Below, one piece after another: positions 37,989-46,911 of a stretch of DNA of 64,000 nucleotides. Position 1 is the first letter of the stretch; each line of letters begins with the position of its first letter. The notes beneath the pieces were generated by a model that ran no database searches, had not been told where the DNA came from, and saw only the letters and a program-made list of their open reading frames with translations. The position numbers and the translations under genes are program-made. Source of the DNA: Pseudomonadota bacterium (GTDB lineage: Bacteria; Pseudomonadota; Gammaproteobacteria; Burkholderiales; Burkholderiaceae_D); contig JAZJXP010000054.1 of the NCBI GenBank assembly GCA_040390835.1, positions 13,121-77,120 on the forward strand. The letters run 5' to 3'.

Positions 37989-38728
37989 GCATGAACAATC
38001 ATAAACCCAAAGTACTGATCGCCGAAGATGAAACAATCCTGCGCCAAGAGCTGCAAAGTGCATTGACACTGCTATGGCCAGAACTGGACATCATCGCCAG
38101 TGTTGATGACGGTATCAAAGCCGCACAAGCCATAGCCGACCTGAGCCCCGATATCGCTTTTCTGGATGTACGCATGCCCGGCTTGAGCGGTATAGACGTG
38201 GCACGCCTGGCGCAGCATCCATGCCATATCGTCTTCCTGACTGCCCACAATGATTATGCTGTCGATGCTTTTGAGCAGGGCGCAGTCGATTACCTGCTCA
38301 AGCCGCTCGACATGGGCCGACTGGCACTGGCCGTGCAAAGACTCAGACAGCGCCTGTCACAGCAACCAGCTGATCTGTCTGCCCTGCAAATCAAAAAGCC
38401 GCAAGAGCCACTGCGCTGGATACAGGCTTCCATCGGCAACCAGATACGCTTCATTAATGTCAGCGACGTGCTTTGCTTCCGTGCAGATTCCAAATACACC
38501 AAGGTCATCACCGCCAAACTCGAAGCCTATATCCGCACCACCATCAAAGACCTGGTTGCGCAACTGGATGCCGATAAATTCTGGCAGATATCACGCAGTA
38601 ATATTGTCAACGTGGCGGCGATAGATGCGGTGCAAAGAAGTGATGGTGGCCTGGCTTTGCGATTGCAGAAAGAAGATGACTGGCTAACGGTGTCACAAGC
38701 CTATCAATATCAGTTCAGGCAGATGTGA
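37985..38728 (+). CDS. LytTR-family response regulator
   Basis: Receiver domain (VLIAEDE...FLDVRMPGLSG...YLLKP) plus a C-terminal LytTR domain (IRFINVSDVLCFRADSKYTKV...FWQISRSNIVN). The ATGA overlaps the kinase stop. Confidence 0.9.
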   Translation: MSMNNHKPKVLIAEDETILRQELQSALTLLWPELDIIASVDDGIKAAQAIADLSPDIAFLDVRMPGLSGIDVARLAQHPCHIVFLTAHNDYAVDAFEQGAVDYLLKPLDMGRLALAVQRLRQRLSQQPADLSALQIKKPQEPLRWIQASIGNQIRFINVSDVLCFRADSKYTKVITAKLEAYIRTTIKDLVAQLDADKFWQISRSNIVNVAAIDAVQRSDGGLALRLQKEDDWLTVSQAYQYQFRQM

Positions 38729-38747
38729 CACCGGGTTTAGCGCAAAC

Positions 38748-40187
38748 TCAAATATAAGCAAACTTCCTCTCATAATCGACTCCGCAGTTAAACGGAAATT
38801 CTGCATGCTGCCAGAAATGGAAGTGCGCTGTTGCTGATGAATATTCAGCCAGTGCAGCGCCAAGGGTGTCGGCGGCGCCTGCCGGGATGGCATGGTCTGG
38901 TCTTAGTTGTACGGCGACGCGGGCCTGGCCATCGAGCAGGGACATGCGGAAATTGCCTGTTATGGCGGCAGCAATGCGTTTGTCGGCATACAATGCTTCC
39001 TTGACTGCTTCAGGGTAGAGCCGTCCATCATCTCCAGCCAGGAATTTGCCGCGACCGGAGACTGCGATGAATGGTAATTTCAAGTCAGGTGTCAGGCCTA
39101 TGTCATGCTCGCGCAAGATGGCGACCACCTTTTCATAGTCATACACAGCGCCGCAATCGCCGGAACGATAGCGCAGCAAGGGTATCTTCATTTCTTCGCT
39201 AAGCATGGAGACCACCAGTTCTTGCTGGTGATCATCTCTGTCCAGGGTCTCTACATAACAGCGGTTCGGATAGTAGATGAAGAACATCGGGCAGCAGCGT
39301 GTCTCTTCACCAAACAGGGCGTGGCGCAAGGCCGGGTTGCGGTGGGCCAGGCGGCGTATGCGTATGCTTTCACGGGTTTCGTGAAAGATATTCAAGTCCA
39401 GTTCAGCCACACCCATGGAAGAGCCTATGAGCTTGCCGTTGGGATTATCAAAATCAGTCAGACCTATCAAACCAGCAATATAGCTGCGATAGTTTTCGGC
39501 AATACCTTCTTCGCCAGTAATGATTTGCAATTGTATGGCGGGCCAGTCTATGCCGTGCAGCTCATATCCATCTTCAATAATTTTCTTGATGAACGAGGCT
39601 TCGCCAACCAGGATGACTTGTTCAAACTCTGCTGCAAATTTCTTGATGACGGCAAACACCATGTCTTCCCGCACACTGGTTTCAGCCAGGAAGGTGGCAT
39701 CGGTATGTACCTTGACACCCATGGGCAGGCAATTGATCAGCAGGGTGGATTTGTCGTCGGTATGAAACAGGTACTGCAAACCGAGATCCGTTGACTTCGC
39801 CGAGCGTTGCAGATTATCCCTGGTATTAACGCCGAAAGAGAACACGCCGGAATGGCCGGAACTAGTCAGCAAACTGCGCACGCCATCCAGGCTGCCATCT
39901 ATGCACAAATCGGCGATATCGTGCTTGCCAAAGGTATTGTGTTTGTCCAGCACAGGTGCATGTTCACGGAAAGCGGCGATAGATGAAATGGCTGCTATAT
40001 CGACACCCTGTTCACTTAACATGCGGCGATAAAAGGGCGCAGTTTCAGCGGCGCGCGCAAATGCCTGCAGCGTTGCCTGCTCGCTTAACTCACGCAGTAT
40101 TTGTGGTGGTGTTTCACGCAAGAGGCGTATGGTTTCCTGGCGTTCCAGACGGTCAGCAGGGCTGGCATAAGGTTTAATTGATTTCAT
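38748..40187 (-). CDS. PaaK / coenzyme F390 synthetase-like adenylate-forming enzyme (ANL superfamily)
   Basis: 479 aa. FYRRMLSEQGVD...LDKHNTF is an N-terminal PaaK-like region. LLTSSGHSGVFSF is a variant of the SSGTTG P-loop. ITGEEG and LLRYRSGDCG resemble the YRTGD motif. The substrate is unknown. Confidence 0.7.
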   Translation of the reverse strand: MKSIKPYASPADRLERQETIRLLRETPPQILRELSEQATLQAFARAAETAPFYRRMLSEQGVDIAAISSIAAFREHAPVLDKHNTFGKHDIADLCIDGSLDGVRSLLTSSGHSGVFSFGVNTRDNLQRSAKSTDLGLQYLFHTDDKSTLLINCLPMGVKVHTDATFLAETSVREDMVFAVIKKFAAEFEQVILVGEASFIKKIIEDGYELHGIDWPAIQLQIITGEEGIAENYRSYIAGLIGLTDFDNPNGKLIGSSMGVAELDLNIFHETRESIRIRRLAHRNPALRHALFGEETRCCPMFFIYYPNRCYVETLDRDDHQQELVVSMLSEEMKIPLLRYRSGDCGAVYDYEKVVAILREHDIGLTPDLKLPFIAVSGRGKFLAGDDGRLYPEAVKEALYADKRIAAAITGNFRMSLLDGQARVAVQLRPDHAIPAGAADTLGAALAEYSSATAHFHFWQHAEFPFNCGVDYERKFAYI

Positions 40188-40929
40188 AGGTATTCGATGA
40201 ACTATTTATTGAAGTATGTGTGGGTGCCGCATAAAGCTTGGGGGAGGCTTGTAGTACGCCATGAGTAAAGTCTTCAAACATGCCGGGCATCAGCCTGGCA
40301 AAATTCAGCTCACATTCGCTAAGGCAGAGCAAGAAAGGCTGGACTTTTCCGTAGTAGTCAACGACCGGGCCTACAGGCTTGAAGGGCAATTGAAAACGGA
40401 TCAGCATGCGCGCAAGGCTGCTTTCCATGGCAGCCAGAAAATACTGTATGCCTTGCAGTTTTGCTTCGCGATAAATTACCTTGTACAAGCCGATTGCCAG
40501 TTCAGATTGCCAGCGCCTTTCATCTGCAGATTGCAGCTTGGATGGTAGCGTGACCTGTGACAAGAACTTGTCACCTGCACTGACGGCAATGCGATCGTGA
40601 CCACGAGTTACAGCCAGGCGTGACACTTCTGCAGTGTGCTGGGGTATGGCGATGTCGAGACCGCATTTTTCTTGCAGAGGGTAATGTCGGCTTCGTGCGC
40701 CAACCAGGCGCACGGTCCCTGCCATATGCCCGTCATCACTCAGAGCAGCAAAGTGCAGCGCATCATCATCATAAAAATCTGTTTCCATCCCGCAGGGGTA
40801 GGCCGCGGCCTGCAAGAAACCGCGTTCCTTGCAATACACCTGATAGCGCAAACGATAACTCTCGGCCAGCAGCGCCGGGCAATTGATACGCCCGAAACGA
40901 AATTGCGAGCGTTGAAATTCTTCATCCAT
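40174..40929 (-). CDS. LuxI/FeeM-like acyltransferase (N-acyl amino acid synthase family; resembles the PEP-CTERM/exosortase-associated acyltransferase family, from memory)
   Basis: 251 aa. YRLRYQVYCKERGF......ETDFYDDDALHF.....G...GTVRLV...EVSRLAV....GLYKVIYREAK..GIQYFLAAME..LARML..F..PFKPVGPVVDYYG. It overlaps the downstream adenylating-enzyme gene by 14 nt. Confidence 0.65.
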   Translation of the reverse strand: MDEEFQRSQFRFGRINCPALLAESYRLRYQVYCKERGFLQAAAYPCGMETDFYDDDALHFAALSDDGHMAGTVRLVGARSRHYPLQEKCGLDIAIPQHTAEVSRLAVTRGHDRIAVSAGDKFLSQVTLPSKLQSADERRWQSELAIGLYKVIYREAKLQGIQYFLAAMESSLARMLIRFQLPFKPVGPVVDYYGKVQPFLLCLSECELNFARLMPGMFEDFTHGVLQASPKLYAAPTHTSINSSSNTYEIN

Positions 40930-41211
40930 TTTGACTCCCTACATTCAGCTAAACAGTAAAGCTAGGGGCTTTACTATATGATTGCCGCCAGGTAATTACT
41001 TGTCAAAACAGATAACTGGTTATTAATTTCAGATCAGCGGTTTTTTGAAAAATTGTGTAACAGATAAGCGGTAGAAAAATGCGGATGAGAGGTTTTGCTG
41101 CGATATTTGTTGCGGTATTTGTTGAGTATCAGGTGATGAGTAATGGGGGTAAATAGGAAATGTAAACGCGGGATGTAAACGGGATGGAATAATCAGCGAT
41201 GAGCTAATCGC

Positions 41212-41589
41212 TTAATCATCCTTCTCCACAAATCTCTTCAGCCTGCCGAGTGCCATTTCCCATTCGCGACCTATGGATTCCAGCGTACGTTTGGCTTCAT
41301 CTATGCTGGTGGGTTCCAGTTGCCACAGTCGCTCTCTTCCTGCCTTGATGTCGCTGACGACACCTGCTTCTGCCAGTACGTTCAGATGTTTGGTGACGCC
41401 CTGGCGGCTGATGGCTGTCGTTTGCGTCAGGTGAGAAATCGAGAACACGCCACCGGCGCAGAGTACAGCCACCAGCTTCAGGCGCGTTGGGTCGCCGAGG
41501 GCGGCGAAGACATGGGCCAGCGTGTCGTCGGCCGTGACTCTGCTTGCGACTGACTCGCTGGTTTTGCTTGTTACTTTATTTGCTGACAT
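41212..41589 (-). CDS. ArsR/SmtB-family transcriptional regulator
   Basis: FAALGDPTRLKLVAVLC.....SISHLTQTTAISRQGVTKHLNVL is the winged-HTH signature. Confidence 0.85.
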   Translation of the reverse strand: MSANKVTSKTSESVASRVTADDTLAHVFAALGDPTRLKLVAVLCAGGVFSISHLTQTTAISRQGVTKHLNVLAEAGVVSDIKAGRERLWQLEPTSIDEAKRTLESIGREWEMALGRLKRFVEKDD

Positions 41590-42055
41590 GGTTGAGCAGG
41601 TTTTGCAGTTGTATATCCCAACCTTCTGTATTCATTTCAAAAGCGGTGCGGCGGCGATGGGCTGGTACTTTGTCAAAGCCGGATTCAATGACAGTCAGCA
41701 AGGTGGCATTGCCGGACGCCTCTTTTAAACTGAAACTGACCAGTGTCGGTATTTCGTCAGAGTAATCAGTGGTGGTGTCGATTGCATATGGATGCCAGTG
41801 GAAAGACATGGCATCTTGCGGCTGTATGTGCTGGATGACGATATCGAATACCAGACCTTCGCAACCCGGGTGAGTAAACGGGCCGCGTGTACGCTGGCCA
41901 GGCTGGAACACCTGACCAGTCAGGTCGGCACCAAACCATGCGCCAAATTCTTCGGCATTCGTCAGTGCGCGCCACACACGTTCACGTGCGCCATTGATGA
42001 CGATGCTGCGCTCAATGCTATCTGTATTACTGGTGCGATTGGTATTATTACTCAT
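41576..42055 (-). CDS. SRPBCC / AHSA1-domain protein
   Basis: 159 aa. IERSIVINGARERVWRALTNAEEFGAWFG fits the Aha1/START-like family. It overlaps the arsR-like gene by 14 nt. Confidence 0.78.
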   Translation of the reverse strand: MSNNTNRTSNTDSIERSIVINGARERVWRALTNAEEFGAWFGADLTGQVFQPGQRTRGPFTHPGCEGLVFDIVIQHIQPQDAMSFHWHPYAIDTTTDYSDEIPTLVSFSLKEASGNATLLTVIESGFDKVPAHRRRTAFEMNTEGWDIQLQNLLNHVSK

Positions 42056-42543
42056 GCTGCTACTCTCCTTTCCGTAGATGGTGCCTGCTGCTGATCAACT
42101 GGGGCAAAGGGTGTGCCAGTGCCCGTTTCCAGAAATTGTTGCAGGCTGGCGAGAAAATGCTGCCAGCCATTCGTGCATAGCGTATAGCATTGCAGGGAGG
42201 GCAGCAGGCCGATGTGCTCCAGGTCCAGCAGTGTCTTGCCCAGTCCTGCATCGCTAATACGGAACACGATGTGGGTGCCTACCCATTCGTCAGCGCGGCT
42301 GACTGATTCTGCCACGATATGCGCGCGGGTGCATAGCCAGCGTACTTCATTGTCTGGCTCCAGTTTCTCTATGCGCATGTCCTTGTAGCACACGCTGAAG
42401 CAGAATTTCAGAGTGTCGCCAATGGCGGTCCCGCCTTCACAATCCTGGGTCCACCAGGCGCGCAGGCCATCTATCGTAGTGAGGGCTGCATAGACTGCGG
42501 CAGGGCTGGCTTTGATGCTGAGGCTTTGCTGATAGTTCTTCAT
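42052..42543 (-). CDS. SRPBCC / AHSA1-domain protein
   Basis: 163 aa from the ATG at 42543 (GGAGAT upstream). SLSIKASPAAVYAALTTIDGLRAWWT. There is a 4-nt overlap with the next gene. Confidence 0.78.
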   Translation of the reverse strand: MKNYQQSLSIKASPAAVYAALTTIDGLRAWWTQDCEGGTAIGDTLKFCFSVCYKDMRIEKLEPDNEVRWLCTRAHIVAESVSRADEWVGTHIVFRISDAGLGKTLLDLEHIGLLPSLQCYTLCTNGWQHFLASLQQFLETGTGTPFAPVDQQQAPSTERRVAA

Positions 42544-42752
42544 GGGTATCTCCATTTTACAATATGCGCAACCAAATGGATGCATATTCATTATGGGATA
42601 GGTTTTTAATAAATGCAACCAAATAGTTGCTTAATGGATTGCGAGCTTTACAACGACAATCATTGATGCGAGATGAGTTTGAATGAGAAATATCAAGGTC
42701 ATCGCTGTTACAATCCCGGCTGTCTAAAATTTGTTACGAATACATATTTTCA

Positions 42753-43871
42753 ATGAAAAATTCATTACTGCTCGCTTCTATCGTATCTTTATCATTAGCT
42801 GCATGTGGAGGTGGTGGAGCTGGTACAGCGCAGAATTCCACAACTACAGGTGCTACAAGTTCCGGTCAAACTTCGACGGGCACGGGCTCTAATCAAACTT
42901 CCACAGGTACAAACGGTTCTTCACAAACCAATAACGGTACCGTTGCTTCTACTTGTGTCAATAAGCTTGGTAGCAATTGGGTGAAAGTGGGAATGAAGAG
43001 TCTGGACTATGTCATTTACGGCGGGGGGAAATTTCTTGGGGCGAGCTGGGATGGCGCGGCTACCAGTACTGACGGGGCAATCTGGTCAGAGGTGCCAGTA
43101 ATAAAGCAGTTTGACGCGATTGGATATGGGTTGGGGAATTTCGTTGGATTTGTTTATCCCAATCAACAGCCAGCAATTAAACCTGTTTACAGCACTGACG
43201 GTGTTAATTGGAGTCCCGGTCAGGTATCCGCAGAATTGGATGGAAAATATAATATTTCCCCACTGGAGATTGTTGCAGGCGGGGGAAGGTTGATTACTTC
43301 AGACAAATTTTCATCGTTGATCATTTGGAGTGCAGACGGAAAATTGTGGCAAAAAGCAGTTGGATTACCTGTAAACGTCATTCCCAAAAATTATGTGCTT
43401 AACTGGCTTGCTTATGCAAATGGTAGTTTCTTTGCTGCTGGCACGGGTAGCACTTCGAACAAATACCAGATATTCAGTAGTACGGATGGGAATAGCTGGA
43501 AGGAAATTATTATCAAGGGCGACGGTATTTTCCCATCAACCTTGATTGCTGGCATGCAATATATAGGTAATCAGTATGTCGCGATTGATCAAAATGGCGT
43601 TATCGCGACCAGTCGTGATGCAATCAACTGGCAAACTGCTCTGAATACAAATGCAAAGGTCGAAGGCTTCGGCAACTTCATGGTAGCTGGTGCAGGACAG
43701 TTGATGACGGTGGTTGGCAGTAGAGAGAATTCTAGAGTTTATTACAGTTGCGATGGCGCGAGCTGGAGTTCCGTAGGGATACAAACCGGCATTTTTGGAT
43801 TTAAGCTTGCTATTGGAAATTCTTCTGCTGTCATTGTTGATGGATCGTTCGGATATGTTTCTAAATTCTGA
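42753..43871 (+). CDS. Lipoprotein with six Asp-box (BNR-like) repeats, probable beta-propeller
   Basis: The lipobox is LSLAA/CGGGG. A 45-aa S/T/G/N/Q-rich linker follows. Six S-x-D-G-x-x-W motifs are present: STDGAIW, STDGVNW, SADGKLW, STDGNSW, SRDAINW and SCDGASW. Confidence 0.78.
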   Translation: MKNSLLLASIVSLSLAACGGGGAGTAQNSTTTGATSSGQTSTGTGSNQTSTGTNGSSQTNNGTVASTCVNKLGSNWVKVGMKSLDYVIYGGGKFLGASWDGAATSTDGAIWSEVPVIKQFDAIGYGLGNFVGFVYPNQQPAIKPVYSTDGVNWSPGQVSAELDGKYNISPLEIVAGGGRLITSDKFSSLIIWSADGKLWQKAVGLPVNVIPKNYVLNWLAYANGSFFAAGTGSTSNKYQIFSSTDGNSWKEIIIKGDGIFPSTLIAGMQYIGNQYVAIDQNGVIATSRDAINWQTALNTNAKVEGFGNFMVAGAGQLMTVVGSRENSRVYYSCDGASWSSVGIQTGIFGFKLAIGNSSAVIVDGSFGYVSKF

Positions 43872-43976
43872 TGTAGTAAGAATTTTTCGGTTTTTATCCA
43901 AAATGTTTTAAATGACGAAGGATATCTGTCAATTTAGCATCTCGTGAATGTGTACAATTCATTATTTTTTTAAGAT

Positions 43977-44011
43977 AGGATGCCAGAAATTTGTTTGATT
44001 TTTGGCATCCT
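43977..44011. terminator. Hairpin terminator between convergent genes
   Basis: AGGATGCCA-N17-TGGCATCCT, with an A/T-rich context on both sides. Confidence 0.55.
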
Positions 44012-44034
44012 CAAATAATTTTCAGCGACTTAAT

Positions 44035-44700
44035 TTATCGCAGTTTATTTTGATTGATTTCATCCATTGCGTCCGTGGCATCCAGATGCGCAATATCACC
44101 CCATTGCACTAGCTTGATCTCTTTTCCTGTCACTTCAAAACGATTGATGCTGGCGTTGTAAATGGTGACTTCGCGTGGTGCATGCAAAGGTAAATCTTTG
44201 GCTGCACGGTAGGCGCATTCGAGTACGCCGCCATGGGCGACAATGGCAATTTTCTTGCCTTCAAATTGCTTGGCATAGTGCAGCACATGTTCCATTACGC
44301 GTTTGTGGAACTGGCGTATGGTTTCGCCTTCGTTTTCACCGGGTGGGAATTGTGCATCTGGCTCATGCGCTTGCCAGGCATTGTATTCTTTACGATATAG
44401 GCTGGGCAGTTCGCTATACAGCTTGCCTTCAAAACCACCAAAGCAGCGCTCGCGCAAGCCCTTGTCTATGCGCGTGCTGACGCCTTGCAGGCGGGCGATT
44501 TCACCGGCGGTTTGCACGGCACGCTGCAAGTCGCTGGAGATGATCGCGTGCAGTTTTTCATTTTGCAAAGCCCAGGCCAGTGCTTTGGCCTGGCGTGTGC
44601 CTTCGGCATTCAGCGGGATATCGAGATGGCCTTGCAAACGGCGTTCTGCATTCCAGGCGGTTTCGCCGTGGCGTATCAATAAAATTTCTGTGGGTTTCAT
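44035..44700 (-). CDS. Histidine phosphatase family protein (phosphoglycerate mutase-like)
   Basis: MKPTEILLIRHGETAWN is the RHG motif. ...SSDLQRA...AIVAHGG is also present. The start is set at 44700. Confidence 0.85.
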   Translation of the reverse strand: MKPTEILLIRHGETAWNAERRLQGHLDIPLNAEGTRQAKALAWALQNEKLHAIISSDLQRAVQTAGEIARLQGVSTRIDKGLRERCFGGFEGKLYSELPSLYRKEYNAWQAHEPDAQFPPGENEGETIRQFHKRVMEHVLHYAKQFEGKKIAIVAHGGVLECAYRAAKDLPLHAPREVTIYNASINRFEVTGKEIKLVQWGDIAHLDATDAMDEINQNKLR

Positions 44701-44731
44701 GTTCTTGTTTTGCTTGTTTGGCGTATTTGGC

Positions 44732-45172
44732 TCATTTGGTCTTGAGCCAGAATGTGACCGGGCCATCATTGGTCAGTGATACCTTCATGTCGGCACCAAA
44801 GCTGCCGGTTTCTACCTGCGCATGTTTGCTGCGCGCCTGGTTGACGAAGTAATCGAATAATTGCCTGCCCAGTTCTGGCGGCGCTGCTGGAGTAAAAGAA
44901 GGGCGGGTGCCGGAATTGGTATCAGCTGCCAGCGTGAATTGCGGCACCAGCAGCAAGCCACCTTGCACATCGGTGACACTGCGGTTCATCTTGCCAGCAT
45001 CGTCAGAGAAGACGCGGTAAGCGAGTAATTTTTTCAGTAAATCATCAGCCTGTTTTTCAGTGTCTTCGCGCTCGGCGCAGAGCAGGACCATCAGGCCAGT
45101 ATTGATGGCACCTATGTTGTTGCCGTCGACGACGACTTTGGCTTCGGTGACTCTTTGTAGTAGGGCAATCAT
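44732..45172 (-). CDS. dtd: D-aminoacyl-tRNA deacylase
   Basis: [11 protein letters not shown].....I..GL.VLL......T......L..K....R.F.D..GKMN.S......LLVSQFTL-like sequence. 146 aa from the ATG at 45172. Confidence 0.9.
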   Translation of the reverse strand: MIALLQRVTEAKVVVDGNNIGAINTGLMVLLCAEREDTEKQADDLLKKLLAYRVFSDDAGKMNRSVTDVQGGLLLVPQFTLAADTNSGTRPSFTPAAPPELGRQLFDYFVNQARSKHAQVETGSFGADMKVSLTNDGPVTFWLKTK

Positions 45173-45224
45173 GGGGGATTTGGTATTGTTGCTTGGGTTG
45201 AGGCGGAGAGGACGGGCGAAATTT

Positions 45225-45359
45225 TGTAGGTTGGGCAAGATTGTAGGTTGGGCCGGGCCTCGCTAGGCTACGGTTTACCAGCCCAACACTGGGCCTTAAA
45301 TGACTTGTACGTTGTTCACGCGCCGAGTGTTGGGCTGATGAGGCGTAGCCCAACCTACA
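45225..45359. repeat. REP/BIME-like cluster (TGTAGGTTGGGC ... GCCCAACAC family)
   Basis: TGTAGGTTGGGC occurs at 45225 and 45242, GCCCAACAC at 45281, GTGTTGGGC at 45327 and GCCCAACCTACA at 45348. Together these form two inverted units between dtd and tyrS. Confidence 0.65.
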
Positions 45360-45364
45360 CAACA

Positions 45365-46636
45365 TCACGCCGTCAACGTCACTTTCGCAAACTTGCGACG
45401 ACCAACTTGCACCACAAATGTACCGGCTTCAACTTTCAAACCCTTATCGCTGATAACGACGGAATCAATACGCACGCCACCTTGCTCAACCATGCGCATG
45501 CCTTCACCTGTCGATGCACACAGATTTGTCTGTTTCAACAATTGACCTATGCTCAAAGGTGCGCCGCTGATAGTGACTTCTGCCACATCATCGGGTATCC
45601 CACCTTTGGAACGATTTACAAAGTCCGCCAGCGCATCTTCTGCTGCCTGCCTGTCATGGAAGCGCGTCACGATCTCTTGCGCAATCGCTACCTTGATATC
45701 ACGCGGGTTCTGGCCTTCTGCCACGGCTTTTTTGTAGGCAGCGATCTGCTCCAGCGAGCAGAAAGACAGCAGCTCGTAATAACGCCACATCATCGTGTCA
45801 GAAATACTCATGATCTTGGCGAACATCGTATTTGCCGGTTCAGTGATGGCGATGTAGTTGTTCTTGGACTTGGACATCTTCTCGACACCGTCCAGACCTT
45901 CGAGCAAAGGCATGGTCAAAATGCATTGTGGCTCTTGTCCATAATCTTTTTGCAGTTCACGACCCACCAGCAGGTTGAATTTCTGGTCAGTGCCACCAAG
46001 TTCCAGATCAGATTTCAGGGCGACTGAATCATAACCCTGCATCAGCGGGTACAAGAATTCATGCACGGAAATCGGCGTGCCCGCCTTGAAGCGTTTGGTG
46101 AAATCATCACGCTCCATCATGCGGGCGACGGTGTACTTGGATGACAGTTGTATCATGCCGCGTGCGCCGAGTGGGTCTGACCATTCAGAGTTGAAGCGTA
46201 TCTCGGTTTTGCTGGCGTCCAGCACCAAAGCTGCCTGTTTGAAATAAGTCTGGGCATTGTCTTCGATTTGCTCGCGGGTCAGCGGTGGGCGGGTGGCATT
46301 GCGGCCAGACGGGTCACCGATCATGGACGTGAAATCGCCAATCAAAAAGATGACAGTGTGGCCCAGATCTTGCAGTTGGCGCATTTTGTTGAGCACAACC
46401 GTATGGCCCAGGTGCAAATCTGGTGCAGTCGGGTCCAAGCCCAGCTTGATGCGCAGGGGTTTGCCGCTCTGTTCACTACGGGCCAGTTTTTGGGCAAATT
46501 CGGATTCGATGAGGAGTTCATCAACTCCGCGTTTGGTTACGGCCAGTGCATGTTGCACTGCATCGGACAAGGGCAGGATTTTGCTGGCATTGCCAGTGTT
46601 CTCAGGGGAGCTGGAATTTTGTTCAGGAGTCATCAT
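45365..46636 (-). CDS. tyrS: Tyrosine--tRNA ligase
   Basis: The HIGH-type motif is PDLHLGHTV and the KMSKS motif is EKMSKSKNN. The C-terminal S4-like domain contains GGVRID. Confidence 0.93.
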   Translation of the reverse strand: MMTPEQNSSSPENTGNASKILPLSDAVQHALAVTKRGVDELLIESEFAQKLARSEQSGKPLRIKLGLDPTAPDLHLGHTVVLNKMRQLQDLGHTVIFLIGDFTSMIGDPSGRNATRPPLTREQIEDNAQTYFKQAALVLDASKTEIRFNSEWSDPLGARGMIQLSSKYTVARMMERDDFTKRFKAGTPISVHEFLYPLMQGYDSVALKSDLELGGTDQKFNLLVGRELQKDYGQEPQCILTMPLLEGLDGVEKMSKSKNNYIAITEPANTMFAKIMSISDTMMWRYYELLSFCSLEQIAAYKKAVAEGQNPRDIKVAIAQEIVTRFHDRQAAEDALADFVNRSKGGIPDDVAEVTISGAPLSIGQLLKQTNLCASTGEGMRMVEQGGVRIDSVVISDKGLKVEAGTFVVQVGRRKFAKVTLTA

Positions 46637-46911
46637 TTATGTAAATCAATTTTTTTGTAACACCGCTGGTCGAATTCCAAATCTGAATCCATAATCAGCG
46701 TTTGCCAAATTCTGGGTGTTGGTTAATTTGCAGGGATTATCGCTTAAACCGGATGTCAGCAATTTAATGCTAGTTCCCTGGTTTTATAATCCCGAACTTT
46801 AGTGCGAGTTTTAATATTGCAGTCTTGATACCATGCACATTTTATGTGCAAGCTGATTTCACTGCAACGAACTCGAATTTTCGATAAAAACGATCAATTT
46901 TAACTTATTGC

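Noticed and set aside
39105-39794. 229-aa plus-strand ORF
   Set aside because: It is antisense shadow within the adenylating-enzyme gene. Its composition is unlike a real protein and it has no RBS.
45248-46027. 259-aa plus-strand ORF
   Set aside because: It starts inside the REP cluster and runs antisense through tyrS, so it is a shadow ORF.
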